Positions 61,801 to 64,000 of a DNA stretch of 64,000 nt are shown piece by piece (the stretch's first letter is position 1; each line of letters opens with the position of its first letter). The stretch spans positions 106,330,001 to 106,394,000 of the forward strand of contig NC_091473.1 of NCBI RefSeq assembly GCF_036971445.1. The letters are read 5' to 3'. The DNA is from Narcine bancroftii (taxonomy: Eukaryota). Made by a program: the position numbers and the translations under genes. The notes below the pieces were generated by a model that was given only the letters and a program-made list of their open reading frames with translations, did no database searches and had not been told where the DNA came from.

Positions 61801-62088
61801 TTTATTGTCATTCATACTTGCAAAGTTAGTTGATTTTATTTGCAGAACATTTGGGAAAAAAATTCTCAATATTTATGCTTGGTGTATTTCAAACACTACA
61901 ACATGAAATACATCATTCCTCTTTATTTGATAATGATAGAGGATGGGGAGAATAGGTAATAAAACACAGGTAGGTGTGGGGACCATTAATAAATAATTGG
62001 CAGTTTGTTGGAGGATGTTAATAAGAAACTGGAGTTGGAATGGTGGTTAAAAAGTCCCTAAGTTCAAGTTTTTTTGTCATGTAACAAG

Positions 62089-62912
62089 TGTTGGGGACTA
62101 CCAGTCACCCCAATAATCACAGAGACAAAGAATGAGGGGAACGATAGGCTTTATTACACACAAGACTTGCTGGCCCGGGTCCAAGCTAGGGAAGTGCAGG
62201 GAAGGAAGAGGTGACTCGACTTTTATGGCCTGGGTCACAGGGGAGGAGTCTAGGAGAGGATGTCATCAGGAAGGTGGGCCAGCCCGTGCCTGTACTGGCC
62301 AGTAGATACAATAAACCATATCATTACATTCACCCCCATTTTTTAAATAGAGACCACAGGGAACAATAACGAGGAAGGGGAGAGAGAGAAGAGAAAAAAG
62401 GAAAAAAAAAGGGAAAAGGCAAACTCTCTCTCTAGATGTTCAGTCGCACCGGTGACTTCCTCCTCCTGCCAGACTGAGGAGGGGCCGGTGTGTCTGTGTG
62501 TTGCTCCTTTGGGGGGGGGGGGGGTGGAGGTTGTCACGGGAGAGGCTGGGGTGGGATGGGGGATTCCCGGGGGGAGAAGCTAGGCGGCTCAGACTCCAGG
62601 ATGGTGCTTCTGTGTAGTGTGATCAGATCTGTAGGCTGATTGGCGGCAGGCAGGGCCATTTTGGGGTCTCTGGCCCTCGCCAGGTCTCGGATCGGTACAG
62701 TGTCCTCGTGGCCATCAGGATACCTCATAAATGCTTATTGGGGGTTGGCGTGAATGAGGTGCACCACTTCCACCAGTGGATCCGTCTTATGGCCCCTGAC
62801 ATGCTTCCGTAGAAGGACCGGCCCTTGGGTTGCCATCCAAGGAGGGATGGAGGAACCGTTCGCTGACCTCCTAGGGAAAGCAAAGAGGCTTTCATGTGGA
62901 GTGGTGTTAGTA
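62089..62912 (-). mobile_element. Gypsy 3' end: integrase C-terminus, PPT and 3' LTR (62089-62328)
   Basis: ATNTTPHESLF...GPVLLRKHVR..KTDPLVEVVHLIHANPQ and RYPDGHEDTVPIRDLA. The PPT (reverse of ttcacccccattttt) abuts the LTR end. Confidence 0.85.
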
Positions 62913-63680
62913 GCACTAGTGGTCAGTGTGATGGTGCTCAATATTCTGCTACTGACATGGACAGACTGTGATCTTTCCATTAGGAAGTCAAGAATCCTCT
63001 TACAGAGAGGGTGTTGAGTTCCAGCGAGGACAGCTTCTCCACCCACCTTTGTGGAATGATCGTATTAAACCCTGAGCTGGAGTTGAACAGCAGCCTGGTG
63101 TTTGAGGTGTCATTCTCCAGGAGGGTCAGGATGGAGTGAAGGGACAAAGTTATTGCATCGTCAGTGGAACAGTTTCTTCTATAAGCAGATTGAAATGGGT
63201 CCAGTCTCTCATCACCAGACGCTCGAAGCACTTCTTAATGGTGAAGGTCATGCCACAGGGCGGTAGTCATTGAGGACTGTTACTGTTACTTGGGTACCTG
63301 GATGATGGTGACTCTCTCGAATCCTGCAGGGATGACTGACTGATGCAGTGAGATGTTGAAGATGTCCGTAAAGATCTCCATCAATAGATCTGTGCAGTTC
63401 TTCTGTACCTGGCCAGGTATATTGTCTAGTCTCATTGCCTTGTGTGAGTTCATCTGGGATAGAACTCTCCTAACCTCAGCCACAGCTATGCATGGGGCCC
63501 ATTCATTAGGGGGACATGGTGTTTTCTTTGGCGTCATCCTGTTCTTCTCATCAAACTTTGCATAAAAGATATTCAGTCTGTCCAGAAGGGAGGCACCATG
63601 GGTTTTAACTTGCAAGGTTGACTTGTGATCTTTTATAGTCTTCATTCCTTGCCACATGTCACTGGTGTCGCACAGCTGTT
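62913..63680 (-). mobile_element. Rex1/Babar RT fragment
   Basis: [38 protein letters not shown] and ILDFL. Confidence 0.85.
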
Positions 63681-63899
63681 TGTGATCTCAGTACAAAATA
63701 ATTGAGAGTCCAATGACATAAGGTCATAAAGAAGTGCATGAAGCCAGTGATGGATTAAAATATTGCAGGGCCTGTAGCATAAACTTTAAAAGGGCCCTAA
63801 ATTGTGCTGGCTGTGGGGTGGCAAAGACAGGAGATGGTAGGTGGAGAGAGGAAGGAGGGAATAGGAGCATGAGAGAATGCAGTCAGGCATTCCCCTCCT

Positions 63900-64000
63900 T
63901 ACCTTTTTGTTTGGAACCTCTTCTCTCCACCTATCACCCCTTGGCCACCCCCCCCCCCCCCCCACCTTTTTGTTTGGACGCCTGCCAGCATTCTCTCATA
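63900..64000 (+). mobile_element. Probable Penelope-derived repeat running off the window
   Basis: acctttttgtttggacgcctgccagcattct resembles the reverse complement of ~3570-3610. Confidence 0.4.

Overview
This is vertebrate nuclear DNA, most likely from a cartilaginous fish (ray/skate-like); the taxon is inferred from the repeat families and is unverified. I can support one protein-coding gene: an INK4-family CDK4/6 inhibitor, best called CDKN2C (p18), on the + strand. Its coding exons are 41669-41809 and 44592-44945 (164 aa). It sits in a CpG-rich, repeat-poor domain (~39.2-48.9 kb), and its intron carries a 32-bp minisatellite with a 7-unit higher-order structure. The rest is mostly decayed and nested transposable elements: L1-clade, CR1, Rex1/Babar and RTE LINEs, Penelope-like elements with hammerhead-like motifs, Ty3/Gypsy elements and solo LTRs, hAT and Tc1/pogo MITEs, tRNA-derived SINEs, and a ~10.6-kb class III (ERV-S/L-like) provirus with a tRNA-Ser primer site. 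There is one assembly gap (18720-18853). The CpG-rich first ~360 bp may be the promoter edge of a divergent gene (FAF1 by synteny, inferred). I found no prokaryote-type system such as CRISPR, and nothing I can call a confirmed new system. All alignments were made by eye. Boundaries are exact where a TSD or splice site is quoted and approximate elsewhere.
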